Origin: Sphagnum compactum
Lineage: Eukaryota
Direction: 5' to 3'
Assembly: GCA_965153455.1 (NCBI GenBank)
Contig: OZ234493.1
Span: 992,001 to 1,056,000 of the forward strand
DNA length: 64,000 bases
Part shown: positions 1 through 13,477 of the stretch, piece after piece
Position numbering within the stretch: the stretch's first letter is position 1
Layout of the letters: each line of letters opens with the position of its first letter
Notes under the pieces: generated by a model
Database searches by the model: none
Told to the model about the DNA's origin: nothing
What the model saw: the letters and a program-made list of their open reading frames with translations, nothing else
Position numbers and translations under genes: made by a program

Positions 1-1039
1 TTTTATCTTGCTTTGACCCATTTCTTATTAAATTCCATAATATAATACAAATAAGCTTTAAATGTGCCTTAAATTGGGCCGATCTTAATCTTTTATCATT
101 ATGCAATCTTTTGCAACCAAGCTTCCAACTGAAATTTACAATTTTATCAAACACTTGCACACTAACCACCAAACATAATAAAAGGAACCAAGGGTGCCAA
201 GATAAAATCCCATTCCAAATATTTTATGTTCATCATGTGGCGTTCATGTGTTGGTTTAAATTATTTAATTTTTTTCATTTCTCATACCCAATTTACAACA
301 ATGTGTTAAATATAAATATAAATTGATTACATCTTGATCTTATATCATGTATGTTATGCACCCATGCTCTTTGCCACATAAAAAGGAATAAATTTTATGA
401 AAGACACATCTTTAAAATTAATGATTTTTAGTGGCAAAAACATGTTTGAACCAGAAGTGTCAAAATGCGTTGTAAACATGAATCAAAATTTTGAACTCAT
501 GGTACTCTTTTGATCATCAATATTAAGATTCACTCCAATTTTGAAAGGAATGGTGCACATTTGATGTGAAAAAATGATGTTTTCCAAAATATGATTGTCC
601 GGAAATAGATTTTGAGTGATTGCAACATGCAAAAGAACTTTCCAAAAATCATCCATTTGTATCAAATTTTGATCATTAAAAATAGTATAATGGAGCCTAC
701 TCCAAAAACAAAATGACAATCCAAATTATATTGTGCTCCCTTTGTGATGTAAAAAATATTCATGATTTAAGCATTATCCACACCCCTTGTGCTATATTTA
801 TTGTGTTTGCACCCCTATATTTTAATGGAAGATGAAATAGACAAATTGTATCAATTTCAATAGACATGATGTGGCACCACAAATTTAAGGGTGTGTTTTT
901 TTTATGAACAAGTCAAAGGTGCCCATATTTTTCTAAGTTGCCCATCCTTGTGGGTGACTGAAACAAGCAGAAGAGGGGTTTGTCATATTCCCCCCTTTTT
1001 TATCACCAACAAATTGTGGGGACTAAATTTGATGAAGAC

Positions 1040-2860
1040 CAAAATGGTTTTGGTCACCATCTACTAGTAGTGATAGAATCCATTTTGTTCACCATCCAAC
1101 GGTGGCAACTGAATCCGTTTCGATCACCATCCTATGGATTGAATGAATTCGACGAGGGCAAGTGAATTCAATTGCCATCTAGTGAAAACCCCTCTTTTTG
1201 TTTTCTTCTTCCATCCCCACCATTTGGGTTTTTCTTCCTTGTTTTTTGGTTTTTAACCCCCCTATTTTGCTTGGTTTTTTACCTCTTTCGTCCCCACTCC
1301 CGTTTTGTTTTGTTTTTTTTTCGTTGGCCCCCCTTTTATTTTTAAGATTCTTCTTTGGTTCCAAACCCTTTATTTTGTTTTGTTTTCTTTCTTCTTTTGT
1401 TTTTGTCTTGTGTGTTTTCCTTTCTTCTTTTGTTCCTACCCCCCCATTTCCTTCTTTTTTTTCTTTATTTTTTTTCTTACTTTGCTTAGTCTTGCCAATA
1501 TTTTTTTCTTGTTCTCATTGCCTTTTTTTCCTTTTTTTTCTCCCGTTCTTATTCTTCCTTTTTATCTTCTTCCCCTTGTTCTTATTACCATTTCATGCCT
1601 TCCCCCCATGCCTTTCTAGGCGATTGAAATTTTTTGATTGCCATCCAACACACCCCTACCAGCAAATGGCAACCGAAATTCTTTGGTTGCTATCCAATGG
1701 TGTGGCTATATCGGATGGCGACCGAAATTAGGGGGGGGGGAACATGTCATATTTTTTGGACAAGATATGGGTTGGTACTTCCATGTCGTTTTAGTGATGG
1801 AAGGACAAGTCCACCACATTGGGCAAATAGGGCTTTGACTCGTGGATGTGCCTTTGAACACATTGCAACTCTAGCTTGCCCATTGCCATCATATTGATAA
1901 CCCAAATGGAAGAACATTCTATCCTTGTAGTATGAAACAACATTGCCATAAATGTGGACTCCACACGTTCCGCCTTCCCTCCATCAATAAAACATTGTAC
2001 ACTTGAAAATAATAGGCTTGATTAATATAATTAAAGTGTTTAACAATAAGATCAAACTCCACCTTTAGGGCTACAATTGAAATTCAACACCAATTGCAAA
2101 TGCAATATGACAATTTGAAATTCAAACAACCATAAAGGTTTCACCCCTCCCTCCTAAGGAATATAACAGTGGTTGGTGTGGTGTTAAACAACACAAGTTG
2201 GCCCACACACCTCAAAGGAGAAAGTGACTATTGACATGCGCTTAGGTTTACATTTCATTCCCAAGTAGGACCAAATTTTGTTGCCAAATCAATGGTGGAG
2301 ATCAATCAATGGTAAAAACCAATATCTAAAAATGTGCGATGATGAAAAAATTTTATCGCCACATGACTGGTGACAAAATGCTTTCGGTCATAATTTGTGT
2401 GGCAATGATGAAAATTTTTTGGTCATCGTAGGCTTGGTGATTAAAAACATTCCATCACCAATTTTGTGGCGACTGAATTTTTTCAATCGTTGCAGGGTTT
2501 ACGACAATCAAAATGGGTCCAATTTTGGTTGGCCATAAGCCTACCTTGGGTTACTTGAGTGCTTTTTAACCTAGTTTGACCTAAGTTGAGCTAGGTTGAC
2601 CCTATATTGATGTGACATAGAGGTGTGTATACATCCAGATGCGTTCATTGCGTTGTGACAAATGCATGGACATGTTGACAACCCTAGTGTGGTACGGAAA
2701 ACTCTTAGTCGTAGGATTGGCAACCCAAAGTTTTCCATCACCGCACGAATAACAACTGAAAGGATTTGATTGCCATAAAATTGGTAATTGAAATTTTTCG
2801 GTTGCCTATTTTGTGGTGTTTTAAATCTATTTTCGATCATCAATTGTAAAAGGGGCAACC
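1040..2860. repeat. Degenerate DNA-transposon-like repeat with many TGGCGACCGAAA / TTTCGGTCGCCA-like motifs and a T-rich tract (about 1190-1600)
   Basis: Motif variants at about 1050, 1120, 1170, 1620, 1668, 1716, 2340-2500 and 2720-2840, often as closely spaced inverted pairs, as in TE subterminal repeats. The F/L-rich ORFs at 1198-1731 only reflect the T-rich tract. Ends not defined. Confidence 0.5.
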
Positions 2861-2956
2861 CGAGTGTAAATATATATTTTCCTATGTTAGATTTGATTGA
2901 TGTAATCAACGCATTAAGATGGATGTCAACATGATGAACAATGGAAAATTGTCGCA

Positions 2957-4187
2957 GGGCATACGCATGGTAAAACATGCTAGCCGAAGTCACTTGCTGT
3001 TTTTTGGACAGTATCCATAAAATATATTGTGATGTATAGAATCTAGGAATATTAATATAAGCCAGTGATCAACAATTATAAATTCTTTGACTTCATTGCA
3101 TAACATTGAAGAAACACATGTTTTAATATGCATTTAGGTATATATTTTTGAAGTGCAAGCATAAAAAGTACATGTCACAGCTTTGCAAAATTGAGTTACA
3201 AGTACATGAAAGTAAAACATCAATTAGAATTATTATACTTTCAAGTTGATGAACGCTTAGTGCGTATGGATATAGTTTCAACTTTTCATATTATAGTCAT
3301 AATCTATCAAAGTTTCAAAGTAAAAATATTTTGGAAAATTTGGACAACCAACCAATTTCAAACATACTTTTCATCCATTTTCCTTACATAAAAATTCCTC
3401 AAACTTTATGTACAACTTACAATAAACTCAATGAGGTGTTCAATGATTTCAAAAAGAAATTTAAATAGGTTTTTAAGGGTCCAAGCATGGTAAAGTATAC
3501 CAAAAAAGGAGTCTTAAATTAATTTAATTTCAAAAATAGTCTCTTCTCAACATTAACATTAAAAAAATATTAAAAACCTATTTAAATTTCATTTTGAAAT
3601 CATAGAGCACTTCATTGAATTTATTATAAGTTGTACATAAAGTTTTAGGAATTTCTATATAAGAAAATGGATGAAAATTATGTTATAAGTTGGTTGGTTT
3701 TTCAAAATTTTCAAGATACTTTTACATTGAAACTTTGATAGATTATGACTAGATAATGAAAAGTTAAAATCATTTTTATACATATTAGGTTTTCATCAAC
3801 TTGAAAGTATAATAATTTTAATTGATGTTTGTATTTTTATGTACTTGTAATTCAATTTTGCAGAATTGTGACATGATTTTTTGTATTTTCATTTCAAAAA
3901 AATGTACTTAAATGCATATTAAAACATTTTTTTCTTCAATATTATGCAATGAAGTCAAATGTTTTTTGATTTTTGATCATTGACTTAAATAATATTCATG
4001 GATTCAATACGTTAAAGTATATTTTATGCATACTTTCCAAAAAGATAGCAAGTGTTTCCAATTGGCATACTTTGCCATGCTTATGCCTTTAATATATGTT
4101 TTTAATGTTAATGTTGAAAAAAATTATTTTTGAAATTAAATTTTTTTAGAACTAACTTTTTGGCATACTTTTATCATGCTTGGACCT
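2957..4187 (+). mobile_element. Non-autonomous TIR element (GGG...CCC-type termini, 4-bp TSD; Sola-like), split by a second copy
   Basis: Left end GGGCATACGCATGGTAAAACATGC, right end GCATACTTTTATCATGCTTGGACCT. Flanks CGCA (2953-56) and TGCA (4188-91). No transposase ORF. Confidence 0.7.
3477..4088 (-). mobile_element. Second copy of the same element inserted in inverted orientation into the first
   Basis: Starts GGGTCCAAGCATGGTAAAGTATACC and ends GCATACTTTGCCATGCTTATGCCT, with TTAA on both sides. 3572-4087 is the reverse complement of 2957-3475, and 3477-3570 is the reverse complement of 4090-4187. Confidence 0.75.
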
Positions 4188-7100
4188 TGCATCACGTCCA
4201 TTTCGACAACCCTGCCGGGTACATTCACAGTAAAAGGAACCAAGGAGGTTGTTAACAATGCTTAAAACAACACTTACATTATTTTGAAAAATCATCATTA
4301 ATTATATTTAATGAATTATTTATCCATAATTTGTAATTGTGGTTTGGTGCTCATGAAATTGGACTCCTATGAATTTGGAGTCATTTCACTATGTTATTAG
4401 AATCCTTTGTCATATACAAAACACTTGTTGACAAGGTCCTTTTAAAGATTCTAAAATTTGAACGTGTTTTTTATTATTCAAACGTTCATCAAATGTTCTC
4501 AAATTTATTATGGGCTTTAATATACTTTATGAGAAGGGTCAAATCTGTTTATATTTTTAAATGCACATGTATTGAATCCTTTTAATAGACATGTTGATTT
4601 TGATTCAATTTTGGGGTATTACTCTGGGTAAAAAATTTGTATGAAAAAGTGGTATGTACTATACAGGAACAAGTGATTAAAATTAAAGGCGTACACTACT
4701 AAAGGCCCACATGATCCCCCACTATTTACTTCAATTATACCGAATTTGCCTAGGTATTTACATAGGTCTGTTGAAGATTGCCTATTTCTATTTATAATGT
4801 CCAAGCTACTTGTAGCATTAAGGTGTTGTAAACCCTGGAAGGGAATGTGTAATCCTTGCCTTTAAACAATAGAACCTGGTGCTGGGAAGAAAGTAGAGAG
4901 GGAGACAAATACAATACTTGAGAACCTTGAGAAATCAACTATGGCACTCAAACTATTGTCAGGTCATTTTGATTTTCTTGATGAAGCATGATCCAAATCT
5001 ACCCAGGTTCTATTTTGCTGCTATTAATTAAGTTGTGATCTGGGCCAACAGCGATTGAATCCCATTCATTACAAGTAAATGATATAAGTGCTAAAATGAC
5101 CTCAAATAAGGTAAATGCTTATATTGAGGCTAGAAGTGTTAGAAGCAGCTCCTGCATACTGATCCAAAATGGGGTGAATATTATACCGCTTTGGCATTTA
5201 TATATACGCACCTTCAATGGCTCGCTCATTGATAAAATCGTAAGGAATTTTTCCCGTAAAGAGCTTTAATCCGCGATGGTTGAAGATCCAGGTTAACCTG
5301 GTGATCCTGACCAGCTGGGCTGCACGAACGAAGCTTCAAGTCCACACCAAAAAAAAGTCCAGTCCCTGCGGAGTTCAAGTTTCTTCTGCTCCCCTTGTGC
5401 TTGTTTTAAGCGCCTCATGGTTTTTTCTGCCTTTGCCTTGAGTAGCGTCCACCGAAGGGTCTAATTAACAACCTCATTGGCGACGGACGTGGTGCAATAT
5501 TGCGTGCTTAATCATGCAACCTCACTTATATATCACCAAATTATCACTTAGCTGGCTGGTTCCATCTTTCAGACCATCCGCAATGTCAATGCATCTTTTC
5601 CTGTAAACTAATTCACACCATGGAATGTCATTAACTGTAGAATATACATTTATGATTTGTAACATCAAGTTGTTTCTAGTAGTGGTTGTATAACTTGGGT
5701 GGCTTATAGGTAAATACAGTAGTAGTCGTTGCATTTCAACTGTTTTGTTTTGCAGCTTATAGGATTTAATCTAGACAAAGACGTATTACTGTTGCAAAAT
5801 CGAATGTCAAATCATCAATCTAGATGATACCCCCACAAACTTGAGCGGTGTTAATGGTACTGATTAGCTGGGAATGGTTTAAGGCTACCGGTTTTTCTAC
5901 GATTTAAGGATACAATGGAAGTGACTGAATTCTCCAAGATAAATGGCATTGTTAGTTTGCACGCTTGTGATACTGTGCAGTGTGGATGGAGCAGCCTTTT
6001 TGAGATATAATCTCATTTGGTTGATGGATATTTTTTGAGTCTACAGATCTAATTAAATTCTTTTAACTTGTGCTCGACGAGAAGCTGCTTAAATTACTAC
6101 ATCCCAATCCTAAATTCAATTTTTCCATCATTTGCATTCGGCCAGTGCAGCTACTTCCTAAAGTAGTGATGATGCAATAAACAAGGTCACCTGTGAGTGA
6201 AATTTAGGCATCTAATTTATATATATATAGAGTGGGAAGCTTCTGAAATCTGATTTTGTTGATCACCGTTCTTTGGATACAGGCACATAGTGAAGTTGGG
6301 GTTTAGGGTTTATCTCAACCCCCTCAATTCAACGATAATTCCAACGAACTTCAGCTAGATGGAAAGTTTTGTGACATTTTCATCTAAATGCTGTTTACTA
6401 ATTTTAGGTGAAGAAAGTTTTTTTGGGATTGACAGGAGAAAAATTTCCAAATTATTTCTTTGTATTTAGTATTAAATTCTTATGACCCAATTTACATAAT
6501 AATGATCTTTATGATGATGCAGTTTCCCAGGATATAGGACGCAGGTTATTCTTCTGGGAGGTTCCCCCCTGCGCAATTGTAATAATGGAGTTGTGCCCCA
6601 AGCTGGAAAATAGAAGTCTAGTTTGTGTTTGCGTAAGTTGCAAATTCCCACGTTTGTTGGATTGTGTTCGAGTTAAAAGTTCTGCAGCTGGAATGAAGTT
6701 TAGTTCGTCCTAGCTAGTAGCTTGCTAGTTCAGTATCTCCACTACAAAAAAGTGACGCTGAGGGAGACGAAAAGGAAGACCAAGTTCCGTGATTCCATGT
6801 CGCTTTAATGAAAGCTTTCATAATGTGAAATGTGGGCACTACAACCGTTGAAATTAAAGTTTCCTGTAGTTTATCAAAAGAAAATTCCTAGATAATTCGA
6901 TTTCCAGCTTGACCTGAATTTTGGATCTGAGTCTGGACATGATCAGTAATATTTTCATCTGCATGGCATGTACTCGAGATGATGAAATTTAAGAGATATT
7001 TTTTCTCATTGGAAGCTAGAATGTAATTTATACGTCTACAAAAGACGTCTTATACACACATGAGCTTGATTGGTATCTTCATCAGACATTTTCACTCATA

Positions 7101-9957
7101 GATTGGAGGCAATCATAGAAGAGGTGGAATTATAAGATATCATGTGGGGTCCAGTTTGAGAATTCATATGTACACTACTCATTAAACACTTCAGCTACTA
7201 CTATGATGATCATGTGTTCTTTCCTGCTTTTTAATATCTAGATTCCTACAACCTGGTATATAATCTTCTAAAGATTGAGATCAATGCATGGAGAACTGAT
7301 GACACTGTAAACACTATTGTAGAACGGTGAATAAAAGGCTAATATAATGTGCCTGGTCCATATTATTATCGTAGCTCCTCATTACCGTAGTAACCACGAA
7401 CGCATTTTTTCTCGCATTTCTTGGAAGAAAATCAGTAGAAGGAGAGTTGCAGAAATCTGAGTCAGGACCTCAGCTGCAGCTATAAGAGCCTAACAAGTAC
7501 TCTTTGTTCATTTTTTTGGGATGCCAAGTTTGAATGAATTACACTTCCGTGAGTATTGCAGTTCAGGTTGAGAAATTAGCTCCTTAGCGCTGTCCAGAAG
7601 AGTTCTGTAATATAAACTAAAGTTACTAGCGCTGGAGATTTAGAATCGAAGTTGTATAGTAGCTAGCTGCAGGTGCAATGGCACCGACGGTGCTTAAGAT
7701 ACATAGCTTGCTGAAATTTCACAGCTCCATTTTCACCGTGATAAGCCCCATTCGCGTCATTTAATATCACAGTAAGTACACTTACATAGATCTCGTTTTC
7801 AATTGTACACTTTTCCTGGAGCGGATGGTCGCATGGGGAGGGGTGCGGAGACGGTTATCAAGTAATGATGTGCTTATGCAGTCACTATGGTATTCAACCG
7901 GGGCTTCCATCACTGTTCTGAAAAGTGGGGTTACAATTTCCGGAAAAAAGCAAAGTTCCTCCGCCATTCCAGTGGTGTGCCGTCCGGAAAACAATATCGA
8001 CCAGTGCCGAGGAGCTGAGCGGCGTCCACGTTTTTTGGTATGAACTCCTCTTTTTGCATATATATTTTATTCGGTCCGTAAAGAGCCTCGAGGACTTCCA
8101 TGATCGAGTTCTAACACACCTGCTCATTCACTGATGATGATCCCGGCCTCAAAGATGGATGCCAGCAGGCGTCTATGTAGCAACGATCGATCATACCGAT
8201 ACTAGCTCTCTGGATACGTCGTTTTTGTTCGGAACATAGAGCACTCTAGTAGTGGTACTAGCTAGCTAGGGTTTTGTAGAGCTTGGTCGAATTACTCGGC
8301 GGCAGCTTCGCGTCTCTAGTCTTTGGCACTTGAAGCTTATCCCGACAAGCAGGAGTCTAAATTGGAAAAGCTTTGTAATGGTGTGAACCAATGTAGGCGT
8401 GCCTCATCAATGACGCTGCTGCTGCACCTCGATCCCTGGGCCACTCTGCAAGTCAAAACATTTGGACAGCTGCAAGGTGCTATGCGCATCCATGGCGTGG
8501 ATAGGTTTTGTCAATCCGACAAGGTTTCCATATTTTGCGCACGGATCCAGAACCTCTATGAGTGTAAGTTTGGATGCATCGGTTGCTGAGTACTTAGGCG
8601 CTTTGCACTGACTGGATAAATGTTTTCAATCTGCAGACCCCAGAGGTGACATGCGGTGTGAACGTCAAAGAGCGGTACAAACCCTAGTATGCCAAAATTT
8701 GCAGTTGTCCATCATGAGCTGTTAACCTGACGGCTGCAGCACATCATTTGTTCATCTCTCGGGACTTGTGGTTGTGCACATCAGGCAGAACAGAGAGCTT
8801 CAAGTAAATATCTAAGTTTTTCCCTGAAAAGAAACGTATGTCTGTCTGTGCGTTTTGCAGAACACTTTGAAACATCCAACTGAGGAAAGTTTTAAAGCGA
8901 GGTTCCTCGCTCGGTCCTCTCCCCAGGTATCTTCAGTCTGTGGACTCTGTCCTTTTCGCCCGAGGTACTGTTTCCGTCGTTTCATGTAGAATTCCCGGGT
9001 CCCATTGCTCAGTCTTCAACTGCTGTCAATGAGATAGAACCAAGAAGGAAAAGAATCTAGAACACTCTTCCGCGAGTCGGAGGTATTGCAGGCAATGTTT
9101 TGTAACTTTTAGCTCATAATTACTTGGTCAATTTTGCGCGCTTTCGCTCTGGTCTAAAAAGATGGAGCACGTCAGGTTCTACTTCCGATCTAGAAAGTTA
9201 GGTTTTCAAGGGTTGTGAAGCAGCTGGAGGTATAACGTTTGTTGTTCTGCTACAGAAATATTGCAGGTCGTGACAAATTTTGTTGATGGTAATTCAGCAT
9301 TAAAAAAGCATGGAACAGAGGCAGTGCCTGAGTCTCTGATTAGAAGTCTACTCGAGATGGTGCAACCACTGCTAACTAGTGATCATCAGGACATTCTCGA
9401 ACTTGATCATGTCATCAGTACTGTAAGTGACTGCGATTTGCCGGATCGTGTCGTTCAAGATCGATGGTACTCCTTAGGTAGGGGTGGCCACCCTGCTTGA
9501 TGGGCTCCCAACTCTCCGGGACCCCGAGTCCCCGACTAAGTGTTTCCAATTTCAGTCATGTGTGGAGTTTGGTGAAGTCGACACGGACAACAGCGGGATT
9601 AACATCTGGGAAGCCTCGAGCTCCGTGGCAGAATGATTGGGCAGGAGGATGAGCGCGTCTTGTGCAGCTGCATAAATCATGACTAACCTGGATCTAGGAA
9701 GATGGAGAGGACACCGTGAGTTGCAGGGACGTAATTAGACGTGTTGTAGAAGAGTACCAAGCACGAATACCAGGGCTCGGGCCGGCAATGGATGCCCGGA
9801 AAGTTATATAGGATGCTTTAGATAGGGGAAAGTCGAAAGCAGATCAGCACTAGTACCAGATTCTGCTTGCAAGTAGAAAGAGCGTTCATCACGTACACGA
9901 TCCATATGTGGATGTGGGCTGCTACCAGTGAGCCCAGCTGCTTGAGAAACTTCGCCT

Positions 9958-9970
9958 AGTTCTATTGCAG
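9958..9970 (+). promoter_or_regulatory. Probable 3' splice acceptor of a 5'-UTR intron, 4 nt before the TCP start codon
   Basis: GTTCTATTGCAG|TTAC ATG GAG matches the plant TGCAG acceptor consensus. The upstream donor was not identified. Confidence 0.45.
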
Positions 9971-9974
9971 TTAC

Positions 9975-11756
9975 ATGGAGTCAGGAGGGCATGGTAAATC
10001 TAAATCAGAGTCCCAGCGAGACACGGGTCAAGGTGGGGGAAGCTCAGACACGGGGTTGCCACCACAACTGATTCAACAGTATCAGCAAGCGGAGGCGAGG
10101 GGCTTAACAAGTTATGCAGGTTCTTCGTCGCGTTTAGAGCAGCAGCAGCAGCAGCAGCAACAACAACAACAACAACAACAGCATGATGCAGGGCCCTTGG
10201 CACAAGCTATGGCAGCAATGGGTGGTCAGGGTATGGGAAGAGCAGGGTCATCACAGGTGGATATGACATCTTTGGCTATGGCAGCTGGCTTGGGACGAGA
10301 GTACGCGGGCGTCGAAGGACAATCTAGTCGGGCTTCAATGGTCCACATGAGTGGCATGTCGTTAGCTCGCGGACAACAGCAGGAATCGAGCGCCGCAGCA
10401 GCTGGGACATCTGCAGAACCCATTACAGGGAAAAAACAAGCTCCCAAGCGTCCAGGATCAACGAAGGATCGCCATACTAAGGTTGACGGACGGGGTCGAC
10501 GCATACGGATGCCAGCTACTTGTGCAGCGCGCATTTTTCAGCTCACTCGTGAGTTGGGGCATAAGTCAGACGGAGAGACTATCCAGTGGTTGCTGCAGCA
10601 TGCTGAGGCTGCAATCATTGCCGCAACAGGAACAGGCACGGTTCCAGCTCTTTTCTCAACGGTAGTTGGACCAGTACGGAGCTCAGCGAGCATGCAGCCG
10701 GCAGCAGCAGCAGGTAGAGTTCCATTGCAAGCTGGCAGCTTAGGCTTCGCATCTGGAACTTCCAGGGCGCCCTCCGAGTTAGAGATTGCTAGCGCGCGCA
10801 TGCAAGAGCAAATGCGGGCTAGAGATACTGAATGGGGCATGTCAAGTGCGGCGGAGGAAAGAGGGACGGACGTATCGAGATCAGCAGTTATGGGGGTTAG
10901 CATGGGTGCCCTTGAAATGATGGGAGGCTTTCAGGCTCAAGAAGGTTTGCTGGGGTCACGTTCTTCGGAAACTGGGAAGGGTAGCATCGACACATCGAGG
11001 AAGAGACCTCGACCGGGTCCACTAACTCGTCTCAAGGAAGAAATAGAGCCTACAATGGCACTGCAGACATCACCAACCAGACAATTATCGCTGCAACAAG
11101 CTGGTGCTGGAGCAGCTGGTGGGTCGTCCAGCATGCAGATGCAGCCAGCAGCAATGTGGGCTGTAGCAGCTTCCGCTGTATCAGGAGTACCTAGTGGTAT
11201 GAGTGGTGGCATGCCTGGCACGGTTTGGATGCTACCAGTGAGCGCGAGCTCATCGACATCCGGGGTGATGCAGGCAGGCCCATCTGAGCAACACATTTGG
11301 TCATTCCCTTCAACCCCAGGCCAATATCGCATGGTTGCACCGGGAGGAACACCAGGCTTACAGCTAGGCCCACTAGGGGGTCCAGGAGGAGGTAATATTA
11401 TGCCATCTGCATCCATGATGGCACTCATGCCTCGGAGTAATGTACAAGGTGAGATGGGGTTAGAATTGCAGGGCAGCCTTATGCAAGGTCATCACATGTC
11501 ACTAGCTGCTCATGCAGGTTCTATGCAGTTACTGCAGCAACCAGATCAGATGCGGCAACTACGTGCTCATGCACCCGCTGGTTTCGGCCTGGGTGGAGGC
11601 ACGGATCAAGGACAGAATTTAGGGATGTTGGCAGCACTTGCATATAATCCTAATTTGCAGCAGAATCCTGATCAACAACAAAGGTCGATGCAGGGCTCAG
11701 GGCCTCATCTGCAACAACAAGGGGATAGTGGTGATGACCCAACTGGCTCTCAGTAG
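9975..11756 (+). CDS. TCP: Class I (PCF-type) TCP transcription factor, 593 aa, uninterrupted CDS
   Basis: TCP domain [62 protein letters not shown] is the class I signature (short basic region, AATGTGT tail). Low-complexity Q/G/S/A/M-rich flanks. The exact orthologue cannot be assigned. Confidence 0.97.
   Translation: MESGGHGKSKSESQRDTGQGGGSSDTGLPPQLIQQYQQAEARGLTSYAGSSSRLEQQQQQQQQQQQQQQHDAGPLAQAMAAMGGQGMGRAGSSQVDMTSLAMAAGLGREYAGVEGQSSRASMVHMSGMSLARGQQQESSAAAAGTSAEPITGKKQAPKRPGSTKDRHTKVDGRGRRIRMPATCAARIFQLTRELGHKSDGETIQWLLQHAEAAIIAATGTGTVPALFSTVVGPVRSSASMQPAAAAGRVPLQAGSLGFASGTSRAPSELEIASARMQEQMRARDTEWGMSSAAEERGTDVSRSAVMGVSMGALEMMGGFQAQEGLLGSRSSETGKGSIDTSRKRPRPGPLTRLKEEIEPTMALQTSPTRQLSLQQAGAGAAGGSSSMQMQPAAMWAVAASAVSGVPSGMSGGMPGTVWMLPVSASSSTSGVMQAGPSEQHIWSFPSTPGQYRMVAPGGTPGLQLGPLGGPGGGNIMPSASMMALMPRSNVQGEMGLELQGSLMQGHHMSLAAHAGSMQLLQQPDQMRQLRAHAPAGFGLGGGTDQGQNLGMLAALAYNPNLQQNPDQQQRSMQGSGPHLQQQGDSGDDPTGSQ
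10140..10181 (+). repeat. (CAG)6(CAA)7CAG microsatellite encoding Q14 in the TCP N-terminus
   Basis: Read directly from the sequence. Confidence 0.95.
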
Positions 11757-13477
11757 CTAGGTGCAGTATTCTCATAGTACTGATCTGTACTAGGCAACCT
11801 TGAGACGCGGCCAGGGTGTTGGCAATCTGTGGTCCGATCTATTCCTGATCGATCGGCTTTGGTGTCTCAAATTTTGCCGTCATGTGCAGCACATTAAGAA
11901 GCACTGCAAGCCGGCATCAAGCCTACATCAACTTCAGCTTCTTATGCTGTATCATTCCAAAACATTGCATCTAGCTAGGTATGTGAGTTTTCCCCATACG
12001 CTTGAATCGGACTCGGCAGGAAGAAAACGTCACAAGCCGCTGAGCATGGTTAATCTAGCTCATGGGTGCGTACGAAAAATGTGTACCGCGTTCATCAAGC
12101 GAAGGGCTGGCGCGAAGGCCATTTTTGACGAAAATAAGGCACTGAGATCATCATCACAAACTGTGCCACGCGCAATGAGATTACGTCAGGAGAGCAGCAG
12201 CAATGATTCACAACTTATGAAATTAGCCCAGTGTTGCAACCATGCAGGGCGCTGTGGTTTGCGTTCTATCGAGCGATTTTCTCCGACCTCTGCCTAATTG
12301 GCTTGAGTTAGTTCTTCATTCCCCGCCGCTGCACCCGACTCTTCACCCCTAGCTAGGATCACGGCTTTGTAATCAAAATTCATTGGCCCAAAAGGGTCCC
12401 AAAGTTTAGAGCTAGCAAAGGATCTATACTAGACATCGATCAGCACCTTGCAGTAGTGTTGTATCAAATTAGCATATGTAAGTAGGGAAGAAAATTCATT
12501 CTTTGTTTGTGCGGCCACATGAGCACGCACCAGTGTAATACATACATATTCAGACATAATAATACAGTCAGACAGTTGCAAATTGCTGCAGGCAGCCATG
12601 AACTCTTTCTGAACTGTGTAATCTTTTGAGTCATGACTCATGACTACAGGTCCAGCTGATTCAGGATTATATATAGCTTCCTGTCTTGTAGATTTGTAGT
12701 CCTAGCTTATAATCTTCTTCAATTGGAATCAACGCCGCATTGTGGAGGTGCAGTTTGATCAGCTAACTGCCAATTTCTTGCTGCCCATGCTTATGACTAT
12801 CTTGTGGAATATGGTGTCCTCCTTGCTTGCAGGTGCTCCCAAGTCTCACTTGTAATGTGGCTTCCGCGATAGTCCACCTGCCAGAGCTTGGAGTCTTAAC
12901 TAGACACAGTCGATTTTACTTAGTTCTGTGTGGTACAACTTTAAAAACTGGAACCCAGGATGGCGCACCTCTTTGGCTCCAATAAGCATTTTGTCCACAA
13001 AAATAATACTACATCCTTGTGAATTTTGAGTGATTTATGAGATCTATCAAAACTTCACAGGAACCACTGTCAGCTTCCTGGGACAATGATCAAGTCCAAA
13101 CAAACAGACTGGGAAGCAATCAAATTGTCATTTAAATATTTAATATATGCCACAGTAGACATCACATATTGTACATTGTAATGGATGAAACCACAAAGTT
13201 TACCACACATGTATGTGTCATGAGAGCCAGGTGATTGTTTGTGTGAGAACAACCACACTCTGTTGTACTGATAGAACTACTGTTAAAATTAATAAGACCC
13301 TGAGAATGAAAGTAAAGAAATATTGCCCTATGAAATACTAATGCAACTGTGAATAACAACAATAGATGAGCTTGACTTCTTGTATTGAATGTAGTTAATG
13401 ACTAGTAAAACTACAGATTGTTTAGACTTCAGAAAGAGCAAGAGGAAATAGCCGGCAAGTCGGTACAGTGTACAAAC

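Noticed and set aside
1198-1731. 177-aa hydrophobic ORF resembling a membrane protein
   Set aside because: Product of a T-rich low-complexity tract inside a repeat. Overlapping frames give the same F/L-rich text.
5526-5600. Minus-strand exon-like segment (TTTACAG|...|GTGAG)
   Set aside because: No partner exons or homology recognised, so it may be chance.
11800-12297. 165-aa ORF right after TCP
   Set aside because: Non-ATG start and no recognisable motif. Probably 3' UTR or downstream sequence.
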